Shown here piece after piece: positions 48,479-57,590 of a stretch of DNA of 57,590 nt. The stretch is from Pseudomonadota bacterium. Its GTDB lineage: Bacteria > Pseudomonadota > Gammaproteobacteria > Ga0077536. A program made the translations under genes and the position numbers. How positions within the stretch are numbered: the first letter of the stretch is position 1; every line of letters begins with the position of its first letter. Location of the stretch: assembly GCA_027618655.1 (NCBI GenBank), contig JAQCEL010000004.1:1-57590 (forward strand), in the 5' to 3' direction. Below the pieces are notes generated by a model. It was not told the origin of the DNA. It did not search any database and saw only the letters and a list, made by a program, of their open reading frames with translations.

Positions 48479-49978
48479 ATGGCGAAACTCGGCAGAAACG
48501 CGTGGTACGACCTAACTCGAGCAACTAATTGGACGCCGAAGTACGTTTCAGAAGACGAGCTGTTTCCGGAAGAGATGAGCGGGGCACGAGGTATCCCGGC
48601 TGCCACTTGGGAAACTTACGATGAACCGTATAAAACCTCCTACCCTGAGTACGTCGAAATACAACGTGAAAAGGATGCTGGGACATATTCAATTAAGGCG
48701 GCGCTTGAGCGCAGCGCGTTTGTAGACAAGGCGGACCCTGGTTGGGTCTCGACGATGCAGGCGCACTACGGCGCAATTCCGCTGGGCGAGTACCTCGCTT
48801 CGATCGGCGAAGCGCGGATGGCGCGATTTTCGAAAGCGCCCGGTAACCGCAATATGGCGACGTTTGGCATGATGGACGAGAACCGTCATGCGCAGCTGCA
48901 ACTGTTTTTCCCTCACGCAAACATTCAGCGATCGGTCAAATGGGACTGGGCACACAAAGGCTTACGCACCAATGAGTGGGCGGCGGTCGCAGCGCGATCC
49001 TTGTTCGACGATATTGTGACTTCCCGAGATGCGATTTCGACCGCGATCATGTTGACGTTCGCATTCGAGACGGGATTTACAAATATGCAGTTTCTCGGTC
49101 TCGCGGCGGACGCCGCGGAAACCGGTGATCACACGTTTGCGAGTTTGATCTCCAGCATCCAAACGGACGAGTCGCGACACTCGCAGCAAGGTGGCCCGGC
49201 GTTAGAGATCCTGATTGCGAACGGCAAAAAAGCTGAAGCCCAACAATTGATTGACGTTGCGATTTGGCGATCGTGGAAATTGTTCGCCGTGCTCACCGGT
49301 CCGTTAATGGATTACTACACGCCCGTTGAGGCGCGCAAGCTCTCATTCAAAGAGTTTATGCAAGAATGGATCGTGGCCCAATTCGAACGGCAGTTGTTAG
49401 ACATGGGCCTCGCTAAGCCGTGGTACTGGGATATTTTGATGCGCGATCTCGAAATTACGCATCACGGGATGCAAATGGGTATTTGGTATTGGCGCCCGAC
49501 CGTCTGGTGGAATCCCGCCGCGGGTGTCACGCCAGACGAAAGGGATTGGTTGGAAGAGAAATACCCTGGTTGGAATAAGCGTTGGGGGCGCGTGTGGGAC
49601 GTGATCACGGATAATTTATTAAACGACCGCGAAGCACTGACACTACCGGAAACGCTGCCAACGATTTGCAACATGTGTAACTTACCGATCACTCACATAC
49701 CCGGTGATGATTGGGATATCAAAGATTGGCAATATGAATACGAAGGACGGCTGTATCACTTTGGGTCGGAACCGGATCTCTGGTGCTTTAAGATCGATCC
49801 CGAGCGCTACAAAGGACACTTGTCCATCGTCGACCGCTTCATCGGCGGACTTATTCAGCCCGCCACTTTGGAAGGCGCGTTGCAATACATGGGACTGGGT
49901 CCGGAAGAAATGGGTAGGGACGCGCACCTCTACGCTTGGGTCGAAAAATTTCGCCGAGCGAAAGCGGCAGCCGCATAA
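48479..49978 (+). CDS. touA: Toluene/o-xylene (toluene-4) monooxygenase hydroxylase alpha subunit
   Basis: WYDLTRATNWTP, di-iron ligands E104, E134/H137 (DENRH), E197, E231/H234 (DESRH), FETGFTNMQF, WLEEKYPGW. Confidence 0.96.
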   Translation: MAKLGRNAWYDLTRATNWTPKYVSEDELFPEEMSGARGIPAATWETYDEPYKTSYPEYVEIQREKDAGTYSIKAALERSAFVDKADPGWVSTMQAHYGAIPLGEYLASIGEARMARFSKAPGNRNMATFGMMDENRHAQLQLFFPHANIQRSVKWDWAHKGLRTNEWAAVAARSLFDDIVTSRDAISTAIMLTFAFETGFTNMQFLGLAADAAETGDHTFASLISSIQTDESRHSQQGGPALEILIANGKKAEAQQLIDVAIWRSWKLFAVLTGPLMDYYTPVEARKLSFKEFMQEWIVAQFERQLLDMGLAKPWYWDILMRDLEITHHGMQMGIWYWRPTVWWNPAAGVTPDERDWLEEKYPGWNKRWGRVWDVITDNLLNDREALTLPETLPTICNMCNLPITHIPGDDWDIKDWQYEYEGRLYHFGSEPDLWCFKIDPERYKGHLSIVDRFIGGLIQPATLEGALQYMGLGPEEMGRDAHLYAWVEKFRRAKAAAA

Positions 49979-50022
49979 CGCCAACTAAATTATCGGTGCC
50001 GGCTCGTCCGGCAGAGTACACC

Positions 50023-50283
50023 ATGGCAGCATTTCCAATACATTCAAACTTTCAAGGCGACTTCGTACCGCAATTAGTCGAAGTCGATACCGAAGATTCG
50101 ATGGACGCAGTGGCCGAGAAGTGCGCCTATCATTCCGTTGGACGCCGGGTCGCACCGCAACCGGATAAAGTGATGCGCGTGCGCAATCATGAATCGAAGG
50201 AAGTGTACCCACGCGAGATGAAAGTTTGCGATGCGAATTGGCGACTTACGGAAACGATAGACGTGATTTTTGCAGACGAATAA
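50023..50283 (+). CDS. touB: Toluene monooxygenase hydroxylase gamma subunit
   Basis: 86 aa: FPIHSNFQGDFVPQLV.VDTEDSMD.VAEKCAYHS..RRV. Confidence 0.93.
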   Translation: MAAFPIHSNFQGDFVPQLVEVDTEDSMDAVAEKCAYHSVGRRVAPQPDKVMRVRNHESKEVYPREMKVCDANWRLTETIDVIFADE

Positions 50284-50303
50284 TTCGACTCAGACCTTGT
50301 TCG

Positions 50304-50642
50304 ATGGCATTCGAGAAAATTTGTACCCTGGATGATATCTGGGAAGGCGACATGGCGAGCTTCGAGACCCGCGACGGAACCGAGATTTTACTTGTTTATC
50401 CAGATGGTGGGTCCTTGAAGGCTTTTCAAAATATTTGTCCCCACCAACATTTTGAGCTGATTGAAGGGACCTTAGACGACAACGTCTTAACGTGCCGCGC
50501 GCATCTCTGGCAGTTTGATGCAAATACCGGCAAAGGGGTCAATCCAGACGATTGCGCACTCGCCGTTTACCCGACCAGAATCGACGGTAACGATGTTTTC
50601 GTAGACGTCGAAGGCATTGTGCCGCTCGCGTCGCATACTTAG
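50304..50642 (+). CDS. touC: Rieske [2Fe-2S] ferredoxin of toluene monooxygenase
   Basis: MAFEKICTLDDIWEG, CPHQ...CRAHLWQF, GKGVNP. Confidence 0.94.
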   Translation: MAFEKICTLDDIWEGDMASFETRDGTEILLVYPDGGSLKAFQNICPHQHFELIEGTLDDNVLTCRAHLWQFDANTGKGVNPDDCALAVYPTRIDGNDVFVDVEGIVPLASHT

Positions 50643-50673
50643 ATCAAGCCTATTGCCTAGTGCGGAGTAGCTA

Positions 50674-50982
50674 ATGCCTCGAACTGATGATGTGTTGAAC
50701 AATAACAGGGTCGGACCTGTCATGCGCTCCGGTGAAATTGCACAAGCAGTGATCGAAGCGGCAGAAATGGATAATCCGGGCAAAGCGATCACCGTCGAAG
50801 ACATGCATGCTTACCTTAGAATTTCGACTGACACCGAAATGATATTGACCCGCGAATCCATCGAACAATGTCTTGGTCGTCCGTTTCGTATGCAGGAATT
50901 AGAAATCAATTTGAGTTCTTTCGCTGGGAAAATTGAATCCGGAACGGATCGTTTCCGCTTTTACTTCACGACTAAGATGTAA
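50674..50982 (+). CDS. touD: Monooxygenase effector/coupling protein (MmoB/DmpM family)
   Basis: [37 protein letters not shown]. Confidence 0.94.
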   Translation: MPRTDDVLNNNRVGPVMRSGEIAQAVIEAAEMDNPGKAITVEDMHAYLRISTDTEMILTRESIEQCLGRPFRMQELEINLSSFAGKIESGTDRFRFYFTTKM

Positions 50983-50998
50983 TTGTAGAGAAAATCTA

Positions 50999-51991
50999 AT
51001 GAGTGAACTGCCCGCGCAAAAATCGCTGAAAACGTGGTCTTATCTTTCCGGCACTCGCCGGCGACCGAGCGAATACGAAGTCGTCTCCACAGGTTTGCAT
51101 TACCACACCATCGATCCCGACAATCCATGGGAGTTGGACCGGAATATCCCGATGGCCGAATGGTACCGAGTCCATCGTAATCAAAGTCCGCTCAAGCACC
51201 ACGACTGGGATGCGTTTCGCGATCCGGACGCAATGATCTATCGGACCTACAATATTTTGCAGGACGGTCAGGAAAACTACGTTCATGGCTTGTTCGATCA
51301 GTTTAGTGATCGCGGACATGATGAGATGCTCGAACCCGAGTGGGTCCAATGCTTAGCGACGTGCTATACACCCGTTCGATATCTGTTTCACGCCTTGCAA
51401 ATGGGATCGGCCTATATCCATCAAATGGCGCCGGCCAGTACCATTACAAATTGCGCGACCTACGCGACTGCTGATCATTTGCGTTGGCTAACGCACACTG
51501 CCTACCGGACGCGCGAACTCGCCAACACGTTTCCGACTCATGGTTTCGGCGAACAAGAACGCGCGATTTGGGAAGCCGATGAGCGCTGGCAGGGATTTCG
51601 TGAATTAATCGAGCGCGCTCTAGTCGCTTGGGACTGGGCTGAATCATTCACCGTCTTCATGTTAGTCGCGAAACCAGCGATCGAAGAAACCGTTCTGTTT
51701 CACTTCGGTGACCTGGCCCGCGCTAATGGTGACACCTTATTGGGCATGCTCACCCAAGCGCAAATGCGCGATGCCGAGCGACATCGCCGCTGGACAAGCG
51801 CCTTAGTCGGCATGGCACTGCAAACGGATGGTAATCGGAAAGTACTTAACGGATGGCTAGAGAAGTGGGTGCCATTAGGCGAGGCTGGCATTGTGAAGTT
51901 TTTCGCCCCATTTGGTGTAGAAGGCGAGGCGGCCGCGACTAAAGCCAAACTCGCGAGTCGAAAATTTCGCGCGGATCTCGGACTCGGGTAA
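50999..51991 (+). CDS. touE: Toluene monooxygenase hydroxylase beta subunit
   Basis: LKTWSYL...RRRPSEYE, WDAFRDPD..IYRTYN..QDGQE, QMAPASTITNCA, DAERHRRW. Confidence 0.95.
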   Translation: MSELPAQKSLKTWSYLSGTRRRPSEYEVVSTGLHYHTIDPDNPWELDRNIPMAEWYRVHRNQSPLKHHDWDAFRDPDAMIYRTYNILQDGQENYVHGLFDQFSDRGHDEMLEPEWVQCLATCYTPVRYLFHALQMGSAYIHQMAPASTITNCATYATADHLRWLTHTAYRTRELANTFPTHGFGEQERAIWEADERWQGFRELIERALVAWDWAESFTVFMLVAKPAIEETVLFHFGDLARANGDTLLGMLTQAQMRDAERHRRWTSALVGMALQTDGNRKVLNGWLEKWVPLGEAGIVKFFAPFGVEGEAAATKAKLASRKFRADLGLG

Positions 51992-52115
51992 CGTCAAGAT
52001 GCCATCACGCCGGATCGACAAAGTGCATTCACTGTGGGCGAAGCTCATTTGCGTATATAAATATTTTGACGATCAGATCGATTATAGACACTCCTGAAAT
52101 TCGCGTGCCGTCGCA

Positions 52116-53702
52116 GTGACCAACGAACGCATCGGCAATATTGGCCACTTTAGCGTCGCCGACATCGTCGCCGGGATTAGCGTTGGGCTAGTGCTCGTGC
52201 CTCAATCGATGGCTTACGCAGCGCTCGCCGGCTTGTCACCCGTGCATGGCTTGTATGCGGCTGCGATTGCGCCGATCGCTGCTGCATTTTTTGCTTCTTC
52301 ACCGTTCCTCCAATCGGGACCCGTCGCCATGACGAGCGTATTGAGCTTCGGTGCGCTAAGTGCAATTGCGCTACCGATGTCGTCGGAGTATGCGTTGCTC
52401 GCTGCCTTATTGGCGCTGGTTGTCGGTGTGGTGAGGGTCGTATTTGGCCTGCTAAGGGCCGGTTTCGTCTCTGATTTGCTTTCGCAACCTATTACGATGG
52501 GCTTTACGCGTGCGGCCGGCTTACTGATTATCGGATCTCAACTGCCAAAATTTGTCGGCGCTGAAGCACCTGATACTGGTATCGTCGGTTCGACGCTTTG
52601 GACTCTTTCGCATCCTCTTGCGTGGTCGCTTGAGTCGTGTGCCATTGGGGCGGCCACGGTCGGTGTCATTGTCATTGGACGGCGCATCCATACGTTATTC
52701 CCGGGTGTTCTGATTGCGGTTGCTGGCGGCGTCGCCTACAGCATCTGGTCAGGCTACGAAGGTGGTGTTATCGGTAGTGTACCGGCCGCTTTTCCGTCTA
52801 TTTCGTTGGCCTTGCCATGGTCCGACTTGCCGCATCTTATTTTTCCTGGTGTCGTTATCGCGCTGGTCGGGTTCGCCGAACCCGCCGCCATCGCGAGAAC
52901 CATGGCGACGCAAACTCGCACCCGCTGGAGTCCTGATCGGGAACTTATTTCGCAGGGCTTCGCGAATTTTTCTGTGGGTCTCGTCGGGGGATTTCCGGTC
53001 GGCGGCTCGTTCTCGCGGACGATGGTCAATCGCGGTGCCGGTGCAACGTCGCGCTGGAGTGGGTTAATTACCGGTGTGTTTGCTTTGTCAGTATTGCCGT
53101 TTGCTGCTCACTTCGCACCGTTGCCGTTGACCGTACTCGCTGCCATTGTCATTCATGCGGTGATCAAACTGTTGGATTTCAGTCGCATGATTCGACTATT
53201 CAGTATTTCTCCGCCGCAAGCGTTCGTCGGCTGGACGACATTCGGCTTAACGTTAGCGTTAGCTCCGCGCATAGATTTGGCGGTCATGATTGGTATCGGC
53301 ATGGGGATCGGCGTGCATTTATGGCGCGAACGCAACGTGCATATCAATACGATCTATCGCGACGATGAATTGACTTTAGAACCGGTCGGCGTGATTTACT
53401 TCGGATCAGTGACGGCGTTTGACGATGCACTGATTGACGAGCTGGCGCAGCACCCCAATGCGACGCGCTTGATAATCGATTTAAGAAAGGTTGGGCGTTT
53501 GGATTTTACCGGTGTGCAAACTATTCGTGGGGTCGCTGCCGACGCGCAATCGGCGGGACTCGCTGTGCGTATAATTCCTGGACACGCAGTGCAAGGCGCG
53601 AAGGTGCTGCGACGGGTCATCAGCGAAGATCTACAACGTTACCGTGCGGAAGAAACCGTCGCCATCGAGATCGATCCGGATCCTAGCGCTAAGATTAACT
53701 AG
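52116..53702 (+). CDS. SulP family anion transporter with STAS domain
   Basis: DIVAGISVGLVLVPQSMAYA.LAGL, ELISQGFAN, GSFSRT.VN, C-terminal STAS (IIDL..V.RLDFTG). Confidence 0.93.
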   Translation: MTNERIGNIGHFSVADIVAGISVGLVLVPQSMAYAALAGLSPVHGLYAAAIAPIAAAFFASSPFLQSGPVAMTSVLSFGALSAIALPMSSEYALLAALLALVVGVVRVVFGLLRAGFVSDLLSQPITMGFTRAAGLLIIGSQLPKFVGAEAPDTGIVGSTLWTLSHPLAWSLESCAIGAATVGVIVIGRRIHTLFPGVLIAVAGGVAYSIWSGYEGGVIGSVPAAFPSISLALPWSDLPHLIFPGVVIALVGFAEPAAIARTMATQTRTRWSPDRELISQGFANFSVGLVGGFPVGGSFSRTMVNRGAGATSRWSGLITGVFALSVLPFAAHFAPLPLTVLAAIVIHAVIKLLDFSRMIRLFSISPPQAFVGWTTFGLTLALAPRIDLAVMIGIGMGIGVHLWRERNVHINTIYRDDELTLEPVGVIYFGSVTAFDDALIDELAQHPNATRLIIDLRKVGRLDFTGVQTIRGVAADAQSAGLAVRIIPGHAVQGAKVLRRVISEDLQRYRAEETVAIEIDPDPSAKIN

Positions 53703-53876
53703 AGCGCGCTTCGATTGATTCAACGATCATTATCGAGTCCCAGCTTTCATTCCCCGTAGGGCATCTGCGCATTCGTGAGGACGAATTCTTGAGCCGATAA
53801 GCAGCGTAGATCTCGGCCAATTCAACCGTTATGCTTGAGCGAACACCTTTGTAAAATACCCTTGGAGCAGCGACGC

Positions 53877-54956
53877 ATGAAATACAGCTTACACGTATCG
53901 ACTCGTATATCGGATTGGAAATTCATTAAAGAACTCGAGGATCTTGGTTACGACGCAGCCTGGGTTCCGGATTCGCAAATGATTTGGTCGGATTGTTACG
54001 CGACCTTAGCTCTGGCGGCCGCCAATACGTCGAGGATCCGATTAGGTACGGGTGTGGCGATACCGGGAACACGCATCGCACCAACGAGCGCGGCCGCGAT
54101 ATCGTCGATCAACCAAATTGCACCGGGCCGGGTATTTTGGGGGGTCGGTACGGGTCACACAGCGATGCGCATCATGGGCCAGGATCCCATGCCGATTAAG
54201 GAGTTTCGTGAATATTTGCGGATCATGCGCGCACTATTAGATGGCGAAGAAGTCGACTATACGTATCGCGACAAAACCGCAGCGATTAAATGGGGCGATC
54301 ACGGCGACGGCTTTCGCAATGTCGAAGACCGAATTCCGATATACGTCGCAGCGAATGCGCCTATGGCACTACGCACTGCGGGCGGCATGGCAGATGGATT
54401 AATCGCTGTATTCAATGAGAAACCCGAGGTGCTCGATTACCACATGGGTTATGTGCGTAAAGGTGCTGAAAACGCCGGTCGCACGTTGCAGAATGACTTC
54501 CACTCCGTATCGCTCACCAACGCAGTGGTATTGCGTCCGGGAGAGAAACTCACCGACGATCGTGTGATCGACGACGCATCGTCATGGGCGATTGCGGCGC
54601 TACATTTCGTCTATGAGATTTGGCAATTCAAGCAAGATGACTCGGTTGTCCCGGACTACATGAAAGGGATCTGGGAAGAATATCTTGACTATGTTGATGA
54701 GATGGACGTACCGAGAGAAAAGATCCATCAAGTCGTGCACACCGGTCACTGTAGTTTTTGCCCACCGTCTGAGCGCCGCTTTATCACGCCCGAAATGATC
54801 CAGGGGGCCGGCATGGTTGGTACGCCTGAGGAACTGGCGGAGCAAGTTCGTGCAGCGGAGGCGGCGGGTCTGAAAGAAATCAGTATTCTGCCTGGGGTGG
54901 AGTTCGCGCGCGAAACGGCGCGGGACTTTATGGAAAAGGTTGTCCCGCTCGTGTAG
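53877..54956 (+). CDS. LLM class oxidoreductase (Mer-like subgroup), paralogue of 36933..38000
   Basis: LGYDAAWVPDSQM, TSRIRLGTGVA, INQIAPGRVFWGVGTG, IPIYVAANAP; GGAG RBS. Confidence 0.9.
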   Translation: MKYSLHVSTRISDWKFIKELEDLGYDAAWVPDSQMIWSDCYATLALAAANTSRIRLGTGVAIPGTRIAPTSAAAISSINQIAPGRVFWGVGTGHTAMRIMGQDPMPIKEFREYLRIMRALLDGEEVDYTYRDKTAAIKWGDHGDGFRNVEDRIPIYVAANAPMALRTAGGMADGLIAVFNEKPEVLDYHMGYVRKGAENAGRTLQNDFHSVSLTNAVVLRPGEKLTDDRVIDDASSWAIAALHFVYEIWQFKQDDSVVPDYMKGIWEEYLDYVDEMDVPREKIHQVVHTGHCSFCPPSERRFITPEMIQGAGMVGTPEELAEQVRAAEAAGLKEISILPGVEFARETARDFMEKVVPLV

Positions 54957-54970
54957 CGCCGGAGTAAGCG

Positions 54971-55588
54971 ATGTACGACGTCTATGGCGATATCAATTCT
55001 GGCAACTGCTACAAAGTAAAGTTGTTATTGGGTTTGCTCGACATCGAACATCGCTGGATCCACGTCAATATTCTGCAGGGCGAAAGTCGCACACCGAGTT
55101 TTCTAAAACTAAATCCGAACGGCAAGATCCCGGTACAGGTTACCCCAGAGCGTCGTGCCTTATTCGAATCCAATGCGATCTTGCATTATCTTGCCGCTGG
55201 CACGACGTTTCTCCCAACAACGGATTTCGAATCTGCCGAAGTTCTTCAATGGCAGTTTTTTGAGCAATACAGTCATGAGCCTTATATCGCGACGTCGCGG
55301 TATATCATTCGCTATTTGAATTCCCCAGCCGACCGCTTGGGCGAACTCGAAGCTAAGAGAGCCGGGGGCAATGCGGCGCTTAAGGTGATGGATGAACATT
55401 TGCAGGAGCGCGATTACTTCGTCGGCGACACCTACTCGGTCGCGGACATCTCCTTATATGCCTACACGCATGTGGCCGAAGAGGGCGGGTTTTTGCTAAG
55501 CCAATATCCTAATATCCGAGCCTGGATGAAACGCATCGTTGAACATCCACGTCACGTTACGATGTCGGATTTCCCACCGCAAAGTTAG
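54971..55588 (+). CDS. Glutathione S-transferase
   Basis: SGNCYKV, NPNGKIP, ESNAIL.YLA, FFEQYSHEPYIA, ADISLYAYTH. Confidence 0.93.
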   Translation: MYDVYGDINSGNCYKVKLLLGLLDIEHRWIHVNILQGESRTPSFLKLNPNGKIPVQVTPERRALFESNAILHYLAAGTTFLPTTDFESAEVLQWQFFEQYSHEPYIATSRYIIRYLNSPADRLGELEAKRAGGNAALKVMDEHLQERDYFVGDTYSVADISLYAYTHVAEEGGFLLSQYPNIRAWMKRIVEHPRHVTMSDFPPQS

Positions 55589-55601
55589 CGAAGGACTGGG
55601 T

Positions 55602-56060
55602 ATGCCACTAACCCAAATCCGGCTGGCACGCTCCAGCGACCTGAATGAGCTAGATGTCTTAGTCGCCGCTTACCATCAATTTGAGGGGATTACGCTCGCG
55701 CTTGAAACCCGCAAACGTGGCATAACGCAGCTGATGGAAAGCAACGAACTAGGCCGTATTTGGTTGATCGAAGTTGACGAACTGGTCGTTGGCTACATCG
55801 CCGTTTGTTTCGGTTATGGCCTCGAGTTTGCGGGCCGCGATGCATTCATCGACGAATTTTTCATTAGCGAGAACTATCGCGGTCAAGGCCTAGGATCGAA
55901 CGTCTTAGAACTCGTTGCGAGGGAAGTCTCGCAATTGAATTTTGCAGCGCTACATTTGGAGGTTGCGAAGTCAAACGTGCGCGCCGCACGCTTGTACGCG
56001 GCTGCCGGATTTGAGGCGCGTGCAAAGTATCGGTTAATGACTCGCAAATTGACCGAGTAG
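55602..56060 (+). CDS. GNAT family N-acetyltransferase
   Basis: AFIDEFFI...YRGQGLG, LHLEV...N.RAARLY..AGF. Confidence 0.9.
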   Translation: MPLTQIRLARSSDLNELDVLVAAYHQFEGITLALETRKRGITQLMESNELGRIWLIEVDELVVGYIAVCFGYGLEFAGRDAFIDEFFISENYRGQGLGSNVLELVAREVSQLNFAALHLEVAKSNVRAARLYAAAGFEARAKYRLMTRKLTE

Positions 56061-56182
56061 ACGCTCAGGTTGTCACTAATCTGTGCATTACTAGAACGTC
56101 ATCTGCGCGTCCCGGGTACTGGCTTGCTAGATAGGCGAATAAGTCGCACTATCATTTTTTCCGCATTCGCAACGACGAGGTC

Positions 56183-56665
56183 ATGATGAATAAGATAACG
56201 CTATCGACACTTGTCCTCGGTGCCATGCTGATCCTTGGCGCGGTTGGGTGCGGTTCCGAGGCCCCGGTCGCGGTCGACAACAAAAACAAGGACGCCTGGT
56301 ACATGGATCCGCCCGCAGGGGTGACCAAAACAGAGTTAGTCGATCCGGCGACCTACGCACCGGTTGTTCCTGAAAGAATCGCCGAGGCGGAAGAATTTTT
56401 ATCCGAGATCGGAACCTCGCAGATCAGCCCCGGCGAAGTCGCCTACTTCGTTGGACGTGAACTCGATATGCCGGCGGTCACGCGGCCGTTTCTTATTCGT
56501 GGGCTCTCACGAAATCAATCGGTCCAGACGATCCGCATTGTTGGAAACGCATTGTGGGTGTCCAGCAAGGACGCACCAGGTGATCAGTCACCGTTGCGCC
56601 GACAACCACTGGTGCTGATCATGCAAGAAGTCCCGGAATTGGTCTACGTGACAACTGAGAAATAA
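56183..56665 (+). CDS. Hypothetical lipoprotein
   Basis: GAGG RBS; hydrophobic signal ending AVGC; no family recognised. Confidence 0.65.
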   Translation: MMNKITLSTLVLGAMLILGAVGCGSEAPVAVDNKNKDAWYMDPPAGVTKTELVDPATYAPVVPERIAEAEEFLSEIGTSQISPGEVAYFVGRELDMPAVTRPFLIRGLSRNQSVQTIRIVGNALWVSSKDAPGDQSPLRRQPLVLIMQEVPELVYVTTEK

Positions 56666-56779
56666 GATCGCCACTGGACTTCCTGGCAAAGCAAAACCTC
56701 AAGCAAGCTTACCAAGTCCGAACCGTGCCTCACGGTTGAGGGCTTATGAAAACTGTTAGCGCAATACGTGGAAACGACT

Positions 56780-57590
56780 ATGACGAAATCATTACCGGAA
56801 ACGGCTAGGGTTGTTATCGTCGGCGGTGGTGTGGTCGGCTGCTCGGTCGCCTACCATCTCACGAAAATCGGCATTTCTGATGTCGTATTGCTCGAGCGCA
56901 AACAACTCACGTCTGGTACGACATGGCATGCTGCAGGCTTAGTCGGGCAACTGCGCGGTTCGCGAAATATGACCTTGCTCGCGAAATACACTGCCGAACT
57001 CTACCGCGGCTTGGAAGCAGAAACCGGACAGGCGACTGGGTTTAAGCAAAATGGTTCGATATCTCTAGCAACGACCGAAGGCCGATTCGAAGAACTAAAA
57101 CGTATGGCTTCGATGGCCAAGGTTTTCGAGTTGGAAGTTAATGTGCTCGGTGTTGATGATGTGAATGTTCGCTACCCGCTGATCAATACGGATGATGTCG
57201 TTGGCGCAATTCACATTCCCTCGGATGGCCAAGCAAACCCCGTCGACGTCACTCAAGCGTTAGCGAAAGGCGCGCGCGCTCGGGGGACCAGCATCTTCGA
57301 AAATACGCAAGTCACCTCAATTCACCATGAAGGTGGCCACGTAACTGGGGTCTCGACCCCAGCGGGTGATATTCGCGCTGACTTCGTGGTGATTTGCGGT
57401 GGCATGTGGTCGCGCGACCTCGGCGCAACTATCGGTGTCGATATTCCACTGCATGCTTGCGAGCATTTTTATATCGTGACTGAGCCGATCGACGGGCTGC
57501 CTCGAGATTTACCGGTCCTGCGTGATTACGATGCCTGCGCTTATTTCAAAGAAGACGCGGGAAAAATATTGTTAGGCGCGTTCGAGCCGC
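56780..57590 (+). CDS. GcvT-family FAD-dependent dehydrogenase (dimethylglycine/sarcosine dehydrogenase-like), 5' part, truncated by window edge
   Basis: Not in the ORF track. Translates [27 protein letters not shown]...[22 protein letters not shown] and stays open to the end of the window. Confidence 0.9.
   Translation, partial: MTKSLPETARVVIVGGGVVGCSVAYHLTKIGISDVVLLERKQLTSGTTWHAAGLVGQLRGSRNMTLLAKYTAELYRGLEAETGQATGFKQNGSISLATTEGRFEELKRMASMAKVFELEVNVLGVDDVNVRYPLINTDDVVGAIHIPSDGQANPVDVTQALAKGARARGTSIFENTQVTSIHHEGGHVTGVSTPAGDIRADFVVICGGMWSRDLGATIGVDIPLHACEHFYIVTEPIDGLPRDLPVLRDYDACAYFKEDAGKILLGAFEP

Noticed and set aside
48479-51991. Isoprene/alkene monooxygenase or methane monooxygenase assignment
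   Set aside because: Subunit sequences match recalled TouA/TmoA and TouB much better, no isoGHIJ-like genes are adjacent, and the Rieske ferredoxin rules out sMMO
56666-56779. Possible glycine riboswitch ahead of the GcvT-family gene
   Set aside because: Only short hairpins (for example AACCGTG-cct-CACGGTT); the conserved GGAGA, CCGAAG and CTCTCAGG elements are absent

Overview
A gene-dense 57.6 kb bacterial window of moderate GC that looks proteobacterial, with about 50 CDS and no rRNA, tRNA, CRISPR array, transposase or integrase that I could recognise. It has three themes. (1) An envelope block: pqiA-pqiA-pqiB-pqiC divergent from tamA-tamB, followed by a BON lipoprotein. (2) A RES/Xre toxin-antitoxin pair next to a palindrome-rich spacer. 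(3) A long run of catabolic and oxygenase genes: four luciferase-like flavin monooxygenases, two TauD/TfdA dioxygenases, orphan soxCD, an MMPL transporter, amidohydrolases, a truncated haemoglobin, two acyl-CoA-dehydrogenase-fold flavin hydroxylases, a divergent AlkB/XylM-type membrane di-iron enzyme, a Baeyer-Villiger monooxygenase, beta-oxidation enzymes and a toluene/o-xylene monooxygenase-type operon (touABCDE). The most notable points are that the tou operon has no reductase (touF/tmoF), no flavin reductase, rubredoxin or dedicated regulator appears anywhere in the window, two NAD(P)H oxidoreductase genes have collapsed by internal deletion, and soxCD sits in a putative operon with a secreted metallo-hydrolase, an MFS transporter and tauD. 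All family assignments come from motifs and recalled sequences, not database searches. Several start codons were moved to a downstream ATG or GTG where an RBS or the family N-terminus supports it.
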